A DNA stretch of 64,000 nucleotides from Aplysia californica (lineage: Eukaryota), in NCBI RefSeq assembly GCF_000002075.1, contig NW_004797816.1, forward strand, positions 239,647-303,646, given 5' to 3'. Below are positions 1 to 12,251 of this stretch, in pieces (within the stretch, counting starts at the first letter, position 1; the number at the start of each line of letters is the position of its first letter). The translations under genes were made by a program, and so were the position numbers. The notes below the pieces were generated by a model. That model had not been told where the DNA came from and did no database searches. It saw only the letters and a program-made list of their open reading frames with translations.

Positions 1-199
1 GAATAGCGGAGGTTGATGGGGAGTAGGTGTTGTTACATTTCAGTAATCGGCTTCTTCAATTACACAAATGTGAGAATTTTATGAAACACGAAAGGGCTTT
101 AAGGATGCCAGGTTGTCTAGCAAATTGTCTAGGCAGCTCGTCAATTGATCAAAAACCATCACTTGAAAAGAAGTCTATCCATCAGTAAATCTAATTGGA

Positions 200-1418
200 T
201 ATATTTATGTAGAATAAAACGTGGTAACTTGGTGGCCTCTTTGTGCTGTTCCTTGAAACTGTCAATATGTACTACAATCCACGTATGAAAATAGTTGCCA
301 GCCGACCGAGATCTATGATTGCTCCCTTTCTAGAAGAAACTTGTGCATTTTTATATCGCCACTTCTCCTCAAGGCCTCTTGTGAACTCATTGAACGCACT
401 GGGACTCTGCTCCACATACCGAGAGGCTCAAAGATTTAACTTGAATGCTACTGTTGGGTCACTCACTGGAAATATTCACGACTATAGCACACATCTGTAC
501 TCAGTTTGAGGCATTCAACTTTGACCGCAATATAAGGAGTCCAGATGGAGAAAGGACATTCATTCATGGCATGGGGATTCCAGCAGCGCTCACACATACT
601 CAACTGAAGAAAACGTTCATACCCCGGTCATCAGTGTAAAACTCCATCACAGTCCAGGTGGTTCTATATAGGGGAGCCTCTGGGAGCGCGAAGACTGGGA
701 TACAACAGAGTATCATTCTTTCATTAAGAGAGTTTCTTGAAATCTATCAGTGCTCTTTCCGATACCATTTTTCACTTCTCAATTCAAATGGACAAGAAAT
801 CTATGTCACACGTACTTCTCCAAAACTGTGAGATATTTAGGTAAATTAGACTGCAGTTCAATGAATTGCACCTGCAAGAAAAATGACCTAGATTGCTATC
901 CTGCCTGCAAATTTCTTCTTCTTCTTCTTCTCCTTCTTCTTCTTCTTCTGCTTCTTCTTCTTCTTCCTTCTACCCCCCCCCCCCCCCCACCCCCAATCGC
1001 TTTCTGTTATGTCAATCATATCTCTTTGTAAATAGCTAGGCCTAGTTTTCGTAGTTACTAGTATCGATTACTCAATGGACATTACTACTCGAACTTTTTT
1101 GTCTCAACATTAAAAATCTGAGGATTTAGGGCTCAAAATCCTCCATTTCGGATTTAAAAAATAAGTTTAAAGCAACAGACTCACATGCATTGGTGTAAGA
1201 TTTGTGTGTTTTGAGATATGGCGTGCGATTCTAAAAAGTTTTGGTATCGATATTTGACTATTTCGATACTATACCATAAAACGGCATTTTAAACAAATTT
1301 CCTCCCTTCCGATTCATGCCGATTTTCAGTATGTTATAGAGGAAGATTTTCTGGTTCTAATGACACCAAAATCATTTCTGTTGCAATTTTTTTACCCCCA
1401 TAGTGTAATGCACAGCTA
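200..1418 (+). mobile_element. Decayed Academ-like DNA transposon (internally deleted transposase plus right end)
   Basis: Fragments RPRSMIAP..LYRHFSSR.LVNSLNALGLCSTY.E, FDRNIRSPDGERTF.HGMGI and Cys-rich CSSMNCTCKKNDLDCYPAC; superfamily assigned from recalled motifs. Confidence 0.55.
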
Positions 1419-1849
1419 AAGTTATTCGCCTACTTTGACTTCATTTGCTTAAGACTGACAATTTTTACTCTTTCATGTGGTTTTAGTTTTAGTAGAGGTT
1501 TTACGGCACTCGCAACTGCATAAGGTCATATGAGCGCCAGAAGATGAGAGGTGTTACAAGAAAGCAACAAACAAAAAAGAAGGGGAGACAAGGACAATAG
1601 ATGTTTGATAGGAAAGAAGAAGCAAACCACACCAGAGCACCCGCCAACCACTCACTCTTTCATGTGTGATATACTAGTTTTAAAAAAGACTTTTTTACCT
1701 TGGGGGAGGGGGGGGGGGGTGACCTTTTGTTTCTTTTTCTTTAAGACTTGAAATAGCAAATTCAGCAGAGGCAACGTTTCACCTTAGCAAATAAACAGCC
1801 CAAATTCTTCTTTCCTATTCTTTGACTTTATGCAAACTTGCACATTAAG

Positions 1850-2452
1850 TCTCAGTAAGTAAGATTCTCTCCAGAATCGCGCAAACAACAACTGCGCTGT
1901 CAAAACTGAAGCCTATTTGGAGGGACAGAAACATCATGTACAACTAAAAAATCAGACTAATGCGCTCACTGGTCATCTCAATATTTTTATACGCCTGCGA
2001 GTCGTGGACACTGACAGCAGAATTAGAGAAAAACATTCAGACCACAGAAATGAGATGTTACCGCATCCCTGCGAGATGAATAAAGATTGTCATTGTCGAC
2101 ATCTCATACAAAGACCACGTTTCAAATGCTGAAGTACGAAAGAGAACCACCAGCGTAGTGGGGCTGCATGAAGATCTACTGATCACAGTGAAGAGACGAA
2201 AATTAAAATGGTATGGGAATGTCACAAGATCCACAAGACTTGCCAAAACAATCCTGCAAGGAACCGTAGAAGGAAAGAGAAAGAGAGGAAGGAAGAGAAG
2301 GAGATGGGAGGACAACATTACAGAGTGGACAGGAGAGACGATGGGTGACAATCTGAGAAAAGCAGAGGACAAAAATAGATGGCGAGAGCTGGTTTTCAGA
2401 TGCAGTGGAGCCCCCACGGTTGCCCCAACCATGGGATAGAAGAAGAAGAAGT
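1850..2452 (+). mobile_element. RTE-clade LINE, 3' fragment
   Basis: VKRRKLKWYGNVTR..LAKTILQGTVEGKRKRGR.RRRWEDNI.EWTG, a typical RTE C-terminus, followed by an (AGA)n tail. Confidence 0.85.
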
Positions 2453-4162
2453 AAGATGTATTTTTTTTCCTTCTCTTTCTTTTGTATAATTTGAAAATTT
2501 GTCTGCACTTATTATTATATTAAACATGTGCTCCGTTTTATGCCCTGGTGGTAGGCTATAGCAAACGAAATGCCAAGCTGGGTCAGTTTGATTTTTGCCC
2601 AATTTTGATTATCCCGTTTTGCAGTGTATTGCACTCAAGGTAAGTAGACCTATACAAAATTAAACATGATACACTCAAAATTAGCTTAGTATTTTGTTCT
2701 CTTTTTTTTTGCAATAAAATAAAAACCACTGCACTGCTGTTTATATCTGTGACATTAACATTAACAGTTTTGCCCAACTGCCCTTTCCCTTATCAAAGAA
2801 AGTTACTGTCCACCAAGTGCTGGCAATGAAATCAGCATGCAGACAAGCTGTCACCTAATGGGAACAGCAGGTCATGGCTCCTTTTGAGAAGGCTTTCTCC
2901 GTTCCACAATAATAATCATTCTTCTACAATAACACCAACGCATATATTCATGCACACTTATATGCGTGTACACAGACACATTATATACACACTTTAATGA
3001 AGTTGTTCCCTTTTGCAAATGAGGTCATTTCCCCCTCTTCCCGTCAAAAAGTATGTAGCAGACATCGGCTTATAAATTTTGTCTCATCAAATCCGATGGA
3101 ATGGTTTTCAAAAGGGGGAAAATAGAATACAAAATTCAAGGGCTGAAAAAGATTTTTTTTTTTAAACATAAAAAAATGATGTAGCCTATTAACAAAGGTA
3201 AAGACAATTACTGATAGTTTCAACTTCCTGCAGTATTTTTCGTTTCAGATTTAGCCATACACTTCTATCACTGATCTGCCAACTCCAAAGTAATGAGTCC
3301 ATATAGTCTTCTGACAGATTGGTTTATACATGATTTACTCCTCTAAAAATTATGCCATGTGTGGGAAAATTTTGCTCATCAAAAGCAGTAACAGAGACAG
3401 TGTACTCAAGCTTATATACCCAAACTTACTTTCCTTGGTCCAACAGTCAATTTAGCTTGCACTCTTTAACTAATCTAACCTAAGCAGAAACAGTGCATGA
3501 GGTTATGTCTTATCTAAGAATTGAACAATTGACTTAAAACAAATTTTTCATTACCTGTGGCCTACAAGCAAAAATAAGTAACCAGGTTACACTGATGAGG
3601 CTCACTTGTTGTCAAAATATAACTTAAAAAGGCGCGTAATGAAGAAAATATGAAACATCAAATACTACTCTATTTAGTCTAAAACACCTTGTCGTCACAC
3701 CTTGTCAAAAATGACTGAAACTACTAGTTATTGTATGGCGTTATCTGTGTTGTTTTGCAGAGGTAAAAAAAAAGTGAGAATTGAGTCATCACATCTAAAA
3801 TTGCCTTTTTTTTTTTTAAAGGACCCTGTCAGGTTTTGTTGCTTGATGCAGTGAGCTACAATAGTTTGCAAAACTAACGTGTTTGCTTTTTTTTTTTACT
3901 TACAGCTTTCCGAAACTATGATAGAGTAAATAAACCTTCCACGATAGACAAGACCAAATAAACGTAATGAAATCCCATATTGACAAAGTTCATTGAATGT
4001 CAACATGCTTTGTTCAAGTGTACTGGTAAAAAATAAGCTTTATCTCATGACAAACGATGACCTCTGACTCTGATGCTATCATAATAGGCCTTTTCAAGAG
4101 GTACATTTAACATCAAAGTATATTCAACCACAAAAATGAACACATGTATTTTCAAGACCAAC

Positions 4163-4224
4163 CTCCAAGAAGCAGTCCATTTTTGTCCACACACATAACT
4201 CCAGATATGCCTGGAATCCGGAAG
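4163..4224 (-). CDS. LAMTOR5: LAMTOR5 coding exon 2 (62 nt)
   Basis: cag acceptor; FRIPGISGVMCVDKNGLLLG; GT donor. Confidence 0.88.
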
Positions 4225-7200
4225 CTGATGAGAATATGTGATAGAAAAACAAAACAATTTGTTAATTCACTACTTCATAAACAACAACAAAGTTCTCAGC
4301 TTACAGAAAAAAAGAGAACCAAAGTAAACTGATTACTGAAACTTTAAAGTTTTTCTTTTAAGGCGAGAGTATTCCATGACTGTCTACTCTATTCACATTA
4401 ATGTAATTTCAAAGAAAGGCTCTTGGCCTATTGGTCAAAGAACTAAAGAAAGAAGGAAAGACAGCAGAGACAAGACAAAAAGATTAGAGTTAAATCTCTA
4501 ATGTGCATTGCCTGTAAGCCTAATCTACCTCATGTAAAGTTACTATTGACGAATCAATAATAGTGAGTTCATCATTTTCGGAGGCCAAAACTGGAGATTG
4601 CCAAGTTCAGATTATTAAGCAGTTTAGACAACTTTGACTAGACTATAAGACACTCCAAGCTTCAGAGTCAATGGTAATGAAAAGTAATACAGTCGAACCT
4701 GCCTTAACGGAAACCTGTGTAAAACGGAAACCTGTCTTAACGGAATCTCCCCGCTCCCACCTTGATATATTCCTCTTTAACTACCTGCATAAAACGGAAA
4801 CCTGTCCAACGCGGAAACGGAAAGAAAAATCTGCTCCCTTCCGAGGGTTTCACCTGTGTAAGACGGAAAATGCTTTGCCCACTCAACCCTGATTTGAAAC
4901 AAAACTCGCAAGTTTGGTTCCGACGGCTCTAAACTTAACGCTATGGCCATGCCGCTTGGCGAGGAAGGGGAGTAGGGGTGCAATTTTGGGGTAGATGTTA
5001 CCCCATCATGTGAGCCCTGAGCGATGCAGATGGTCAGGGTAGTGTGGGTGTGAAATCTCATGACTGCCCGTGAGAGTGCTCGAGTTGCGAGCCACTACGG
5101 AAACTTTCTTGGGTAGCCAGAAGCCAGAGGTGTGAAATTAGATTGACCAATGCCAGCCGAGAAAAGAGTTCCTCGAATCGTTGATTACATGATGGCAGTG
5201 AGGGGTGGCATTGGTGGGTGGGGCTAAGGGTGGAAGCAAAGGAGATGTTCAAACGTTCCTATTTTAATAGGTCAAACAGTGGTCCTATGAAATGCAAGCA
5301 CTTGTGGTAATCGGATAAGTAAGACTGACGCATGTCATTATCAGCGAGGGTAGCAGCTGAGAGGTGTGAAGTTTTGACCATTGCTTGCCGATCAGACAAG
5401 CGATCCTTGATCCCACCGGCTGGGCCTTTGAAACCCCCCCCCCCCTCCTAAATTCCCCTGTCTAAGACGGAATTTTTTTCTGGCTCCCTTGCGATTCCGT
5501 CTTACACAGGTTCGACTGTAGTATATTAGTAGCACTGAGAAGAAAAGAAATTCTTCTGCCCTTTTAGCTTTTTATGCAGGGTAAAGATTTGAGTAAAAGT
5601 GCATTTTAAGTGCGTAAATTATTAACCCAACGTACAACAATCACCTTAAATTTGCGTTTGAAGCACTTTACTACCCAAACAACAATAATACATTTTATAC
5701 GTGGGGTTTTTCTTTTGTTAGTGTTTTACGGCACTCGCAACTGCATAAGGTCATATGAGCGCGCAGGACACATTTAACTTTTTCAGTTGGTAGGAAATTT
5801 TTAATTTTGCCAGGGTGGCGGCCGAAGCCTACTCTAATCGATTTTAGATCATCAAGGGATCGTTAACGTGCACAACTTGCACACGAGCCCTCCGAGATTT
5901 TTCACCCTTGTCCGAGAAGGCTAGGTGTAGATCTTTCCTACCAGAAGATCAGGGGTGTGGCTGAAAGACAGCAGTAAGAAGGAGCCAAGGAGTAGCAGTA
6001 GAAAGGCTAAAGAAAGAGTCAGGAGTCCAGAGGAGGGGGAAAAGGAGGTGAGGGGGTGGGGGCAGAAAGAGATGACGAAAGCAGATGACAGAAAATTAGC
6101 TTAGAGAGCAGGAAAGGAGGAGAAAGGAGCCAATTTTAGAGAAGAAAATTTGTCCGTCGGTACCCGGATTCAAACCCTGGACCTATTGAATGAGAGGCGA
6201 ACACCTTAACCTCTAGGCCGCAAGAGCCCCCTTTACTTGCGTTTGTAGTACTTAATTAATAAATAGACCACATCAATCACGTTAAAAGGCCTACTCACAT
6301 TATAGATCTAATGGTGTAGCCTAATTGTCAGCTATAGTTCTTAGCCTGACTGGAAACATGTCCTCATTACGAAACCTGTTACTGTTGCGAAAAACAAATT
6401 CATGGAGATAGGATGGGAAGAGATCGCCGGTTGTGCCAAACTGTCAGCGCAATTTTCGTTTAGAGCACATCTATTCAAATTCAATTAACGTGTTTGTTGA
6501 ACATTGGGTCTAACAATATGCTACAAAAGCAAGTAATAACATGTTTTTGTTGTAGATCTAGATCTACACCGAGTCTAATAATTTACGCACCTAAATTGCA
6601 CTTTTTGTTTGTTTTAGAAATAGTAGAGTTAAATTAGGGTGCTGGCAACTGCATAGGTCATATGACCGCCATTTAAAATTCACTTTTAGACTTTTACCGA
6701 GATTGGATTTCAGTAACCTCTCATTATTACTAGATCTACTATCGGGACTAGTCGAGTGGTGATGTCCCAGCCCAGGGAGCAGCCATTGGGGCAAAATCTG
6801 TCAGGGAATCTCCAGATTGGGCGCTTTTTTGCTTGCTTTGGCCCCAAAAGTAGGCTAGGGGGGTTTCCATAGAGCACGGTCGTGCACTGCCGCCCAAAAA
6901 TTTTAGCGCACAACAACACCCACAAAGAGACAACAAAAGAACCTTTACCATCCACCATCCAATCACTTTTTCTTACAAGTTCCTCGCCAGAGCCTTTTCG
7001 TTCATTACAACATCTACAACAACTCTACAACATCTACTATACCATATCAAGTTCTTGTGCTTCACCAAAGTAAACAAAATAGTATGTTCAGTGGTGTAAT
7101 CTATCTTGGAAAATGCTCTATGGAACGACCCAAACAACGATGACGTTTTGACCGAGTTTCTTAGTTCATAAATTATAAGGCGGCACAATTTCAATGTGCC

Positions 7201-9658
7201 CCAGCCGAACAAAGCCCATAGAAGCAGTCTAAAAATAACGCAATCTCAGACCAGTTCACGATAGTTTACACAATTCAATGCCCGTATTATGATAGCTTTG
7301 GAGCAATCCACCGGAGTGCTCCCAGCGATGTGCGATTGATCCATTGTCTTGCCATTTATATCTCTAGCCCCACCTCTGTAACCCTGAACTTGAGCGAGGT
7401 CAACATGACGTAATTAGGTCATTGTGTTAGAAGTTGGAATGGTGTAGTGGTGAAAGTTTTATCACTCGAGTGTGTATTCCAATGCAGGATGAATGAAGTT
7501 GATTGCAAATAAATTCAGCTCACCAAACAAAGTAACAAGAACAGAGTGAATGAATTAAGTCTTCACCAACCCAAAAATGTCAAAATAATACAATGAATAA
7601 AAAGTGTAGTGGCTTACAGTCAGCGTTAACAAATTATACTCATTGTAGACCTAGATAACGCCTACTGTTTCTCCTGTCTGCTTTTTGGAACTGAGGACCC
7701 CAAGTAGTCTCAGGCTTTACCGATCTTGTCCAGGGGAAACAACGCATTAAAGTCAAAAGTCATCAAGAGCGCACGTAAAAAATGCCGTTCATACTTTTGG
7801 ACAAGTAGACATAGCAGCGCAGCTAGTCGTTGGTCATCGCATTTTTTAGAAAGAACAGGCACGTATTGTGTAAGGTTGTCTAGTGCATTTTGTCCTGTGA
7901 AACTCACGAACTCGCCCTTCGCGGTCATGAAAAGGGTTATTTGTCGGGGAACAGAGGTACTTTTCGCTAACGCTATGCAGGCCCTTTGACATTTTTTGCC
8001 CACTCTACAAAATGCATCTCTATCTGCGTTTGTCACCGGAATATGCCATGGCCGTCTGAAACATGGTGGAATTTACAGTCTCGACTAATTAGCAAAGTCT
8101 TCATTTGGAAAGGAGAGATCCAGCTCTATCTTGAAGAAATTCAGTCTGAGCACTGGGACGATAATTCCATTCACGATGATATCCTGAATGTATTAAAGAG
8201 CGAAACATTTCTCTTCTTTTTGCACTTTTTCAACAAAGTGTACACGCGCGTTGACGCTGTTTATGGGATCCTCTAACACAAAAGTACAACGCCCATAACA
8301 GCCTAAAAAGCTCTAGACACGTTTAAAGTAGCCTTTGATGAAATTAGAAACAGTATACGTGTTCCATCAACAAGACAGACCACAGAGAAACACCCTTCCA
8401 AGAGACGCAAACACTACACCACAAATGAAATTGCTGCAAAGCAGGCCTGTGACATAACAGTTACAACTCAAATTGTGACAGTTTCTTGAAGCAAAATAAA
8501 ATCAACGCACTCTCAATCTGCGATTCCTCCAAATTCCAGGACTATCAAAAGTCGTTTCCAACAGTTCTCTAGGATCATTTACAGAAATATTACTGTTTGC
8601 TTAAAATCAAATTACAAACAAAATTATACATTGCAATGAAATATTTAAATCTCCTCAGTGTCGTATAATCCAGGGCCTTTATTCATTATATCTGAAGGAC
8701 TACAAATTCGAGACAACATTTAGAGAAGTATGCAAAATGCCAGAAATCGCCCTGACGTTTATGTCGATCCACAAGGACATCATTGACAGCATGTCCAACT
8801 TCGTCAACAGAATAAAAATGGACACTTTTGCTAGCAAAAGAACGAAAAGAAAACTTCTTCTTCAAATAGATTTTCTCAAAACAGGTAGGATGAAGAAAAC
8901 ATCTCATTTATATGCCCTTGACTCTCTTCAACCTGCTTTCACCTAATTGTGCACGCCCACTTTTTAGACCCATGAGCCGCCCCTGCCCCTGACCTAACAA
9001 AAATATAGAGGGGGCTTGCAGATAGGTTTGTATATATCTCTCGCTAGCTGAGCATCAAACATAGAGCCTATAATAGATCTAGATCAAGGCTCAAATAATC
9101 GGGGTGGGAACTGCCGAAAGATTCCCTCTCTAACTAATTTGCCAAAATGGCCGCCCCATGAGCCGGGACAGCACAACTGTCGACTAGTGCCCAACTATCA
9201 AGTTCAGGGCGATTGTTAAGATTCCCGCGTTTAATTCCGATGTGCGTTTTTCAGTTAGGGTTAGGGTTATGGTTAGGATTAGATATCTAGGGTAAGGGTT
9301 AGGGACCAAAGTGAAACATGCCTGAAAAACGCATCGGAATTAAACGAGGGAATCTTAACAATCGTCAAGTTCAGTAATGCTGAACTGATAGTTGTGAAGA
9401 CAGTGATAGAGACACACAGGCATGTTTATGATTATTACTGCTACATAATTACTGTCACTGTCAGAGTGTCTCCATACTAACAGCGTCAGTCAGTAGACAC
9501 TACACAGTCAGAGTCAGAGTGTCAGTGACAGACCTACTGGCTACTGGCAGTACTGGCTACCGTCGTCGTTTCTAATTCTTTTAGAAATCTATATTGTCCC
9601 CTATAAAAAAAAGCAACTCTTACGCTTCTTCCATTTGTTTCTCCAGGGACTTTTCCAT
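4163..9658 (-). CDS. LAMTOR5: LAMTOR5/HBXIP (Ragulator subunit), 5' part: exons 9624-9658 and 4163-4224; remaining exons not found, probably left of the window
   Basis: Joined exons give MEKSLEKQMEEAFRIPGISGVMCVDKNGLLLG, which aligns without gaps to the LAMTOR5 N-terminus as recalled (human [32 protein letters not shown]). Donors are GC|GTAAGA and G|GTTGGT, the acceptor is ctcatcag, and the phase-2 junction is consistent. Confidence 0.88.
4690..5518. mobile_element. pogo/Tigger-like MITE
   Basis: TA|CAGTCGAACCTG ... CAGGTTCGACTG|TA; repeated subterminal ACGGAA motifs. Confidence 0.85.
5720..6231 (-). mobile_element. tRNA-derived SINE, copy 1
   Basis: Head GGGGCTCTTGCGGCCTAGAGGTTAAGG (A box) ... 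GGTTTGAATCC (B box); highly similar to 16530-17057. Confidence 0.9.
7400..8985 (+). mobile_element. Decayed hAT transposon (TTF-zinc-finger type)
   Basis: Remnants WL..S...YCFSCLLFG and PSETWWN (T-R-W-N-like); right end ..GAGCCGCCCCTG; many stops and frameshifts. Confidence 0.6.
9208..9366. mobile_element. 159-bp MITE with ~45-bp TIRs, internal degenerate (TTAGGG)n and 8-bp TSD AAGTTCAG
   Basis: GGCGATTGTTAAGATTCCC.CGTTTAATTCCGATG mirrored at 9320-9366; AAGTTCAG at 9200-9207 and 9367-9374. Confidence 0.9.
9624..9658 (-). CDS. LAMTOR5: LAMTOR5 coding exon 1 (35 nt)
   Basis: acaATGG start context; MEKSLEKQMEE+GC followed by a GTAAGA donor. Confidence 0.85.
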
Positions 9659-9659
9659 T

Positions 9660-10800
9660 GTAGCAGAGATAAATCCTCGATTATAAGAAATGCGGCGGGT
9701 TCAAGTTCTACTTGGTTAGCACAGTGATTGCTTTCATTCCGAGCAGAGCAACAACGACGGATCTCAGTTGTTGACGGACGTGCCGTTTCTTTTCAGATTC
9801 GTTTTTTCATATCCCGTCACAAGACCATTGTCTGCCAGGAAGCCTACCTTTAGCCTACAGAACAAATTTTAATTATGGACGAAAAAAAAAAGTTTTCGAG
9901 AGAATAAAAGCTTTTTGTTGGATAATATGTTCATTTTCCCTCTTTAAACCCATCACCTCAAAAGCATTTGAAAATGATTTTTAAAAACCCAAATCAACTT
10001 GTATAGATGAAAAATGTGTATTCTGTGCGCCAAAAACAAAAAAGAAAAGTGTGTTGATCATCATAGTCATAGCAAAGTCTTCTTTCACGCACGTTCCATT
10101 CTCAGTTGTTTTCCATTTGTAGCCGCCCCTTTCTTTCAATAACATATTTAGGCATGCCGTATGCCGTACGATTAGCCCTGAGACTGAAAGAACGCGTACA
10201 CACTTATCCCCCCCCCCCCCCCCCCTGGCAAAAAAGAAAGTTGTTGTGTTGTTTACTCTGAGACTGGACTGAAGCATCAAAGCCAGGCCCATCAGATTGG
10301 TGGTTTCCACATTAAACCATTAAAATGCATAATAAAGTGCTACCATTGAAATATACCACCTCTTGAGTTTGAGGAGAGAAACGAACTATAATCATTACTC
10401 GGACATTCAAGAGAAATATATATTGCTGGGAGGAGGGGGGGGGGGGTTTGGGGGGGGTCTCCTTATGAAGATTTCATCATGCATTGGAAACGTCCCCAAT
10501 CAAATACAAATGCCATTCATCACGATGCTATAGTCAGGTTTTCACAAAATGGGTGTGTTTGTTTAATTGTTTATTTTAGCTGTTGCCATCTGCTAAGAAC
10601 CCACTGAATCTGCCCATTGGAGGCGCGGTCGCCACGCCTTCGCGTCCCTTGCAATGACCCGGAAGTTTTCGCGGGGTGTGTCTGTCTTGTGTCTTGCTTC
10701 GTGGCATTCCCCACCTGCTTGGCTTTCACCGGGGACTTTGATTGAAATATATTGCAGCCCAGTACATTCTTACTGTCGTTGAAAGGATCGGTGACTTAGG
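9660..10800. promoter_or_regulatory. Putative bidirectional promoter LAMTOR5/GMPPB
   Basis: Lies between divergent 5' ends. CpG-richer patches at ~9690-9830 and ~10615-10700; reverse CCAAT (ATTGG, 10616-10620); ETS-type CCGGAAGT (10659-10666) with adjacent E2F-like TTTCGCGG. Candidate donors for a non-coding GMPPB exon at 10800 or 10822. Confidence 0.55.
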
Positions 10801-11485
10801 TGAGATTGAGCGGTGGACAAGGTGAAGTTTCAGTCTTCCTACTTGTATCAATTTTATTTGAAAAGGACTGCTCATAGCTGCTTGGTCCCAACGTCAGGGA
10901 AAACCAACTTTTCATCTCTCCTCCTGGATATCAGTCTTTTAGTCTATCTTATCTTCTAGAATCTAGACTCTTGATCAACTCTGGCGGACAAGACAAAGTA
11001 TGTTTAGAGTTTAGATTCTATAATCTAATTCTAAATCTAGATTTAGATTCTAGAATCTAGATCTAGATCTAGATCTAGATCTATGCCTCTAGATTTACTC
11101 AAATATTTTAGTGTAGGCTTACATGTAGAATCTAGGACTTCAATCATTGAGTCATTGAGTTTGGTCGGTCACGGCATCTTAGTAAGACTTAGAATCTAGA
11201 TCTAGATCTAGTCTAGGCGGCCTACTAGCATTCCTTTTTAGTAATTTCTCTTGAGATTTAAGATGTGAGACAAAAAGGATGGAGAGCAGAGGGAAGGCCT
11301 TTTATGATCTTATCACTTATCTGATAGTGATATACATACATATATATATGTGTGTGTACTCATGACTAATATCTGGCTCATTGCCACATTTTGTCTAGGG
11401 AGGAATTGAGGAAAGGATAGAAAAGGGAGCGAGTGTAAGGCTAACTGGTGAGATTATTAAGAAAATTAGATTTTAGTTTGTTTTT

Positions 11486-11901
11486 ACGGTAAATTTTTAC
11501 TTTCACTCCCGCACACAGATGCACTGTTTCAGGGGTCAAACTGCTGTACTGTTTGCTGCAGATCACACATAATAAAGCCACTAAAACTGTCGCAAATCAA
11601 TTATTTTCAAGACAATTTCAAATCTAACTGTAAAATATCAAATTATGGGTGTAAAAACAGGGGGGCATGCCCCCCTGTAACCCCCCCAGATTTTCTTTTA
11701 CCCCAGTGGGGCAGGCCCCCCTGGAACCCCCCGATTGGTCCAAAGCATGTCTATCTCGGTTAAAAACAATCAAATATTTCAAAAACCATTAATTTGCGAC
11801 GGAAATGAAGTTGATATTCGTGTTCAGCGCATCAATATTTAGTAGAAAATAGACAACTGGTAGCTGAGTGTGAGACGGGAGGGAAAGTAAAAAAATACCG
11901 T
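11486..11901. mobile_element. MITE-like element (superfamily unclear)
   Basis: ACGGTAAATTTTTACTTTCACTCCC at the left end, GGGAGGGAAAGTAAAAAAATACCGT at the right end (inverted). Confidence 0.65.
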
Positions 11902-12251
11902 TTTTAGTAGTACAGTAGTAAACTATAGGCCTAATAAGGGAGAATAAAGTAGGCATATTAGCCTGCATACTGTAGACCAGGCCTAGATCTAGATCTAGTG
12001 CAAAACGAAGACTTGAGGTTGGTAGGCTGCTTTGGTGGGCTAGGCCGCTTCAAGGGGCCTAATTAAATGTTTGTAAAAATAATGTTGTTCAAGAGGCCTT
12101 GAATCTTGATTATATTTATTTTAATTTTTTTCCATGATTCATGGAGGTTGTTTTGAACTCAGCTGTAGAAATTTTGCAGCTGAAGTTGAGTCAAAGTCGG
12201 AGTACTAATCTCATTATTATTGCCAAATTTTCAGTATGATCAACACTAGTA

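Noticed and set aside
1-4162. LAMTOR5 exons 3-4
   Set aside because: No minus-strand segment encoding the expected C-terminal half was found by eye; probably outside the window
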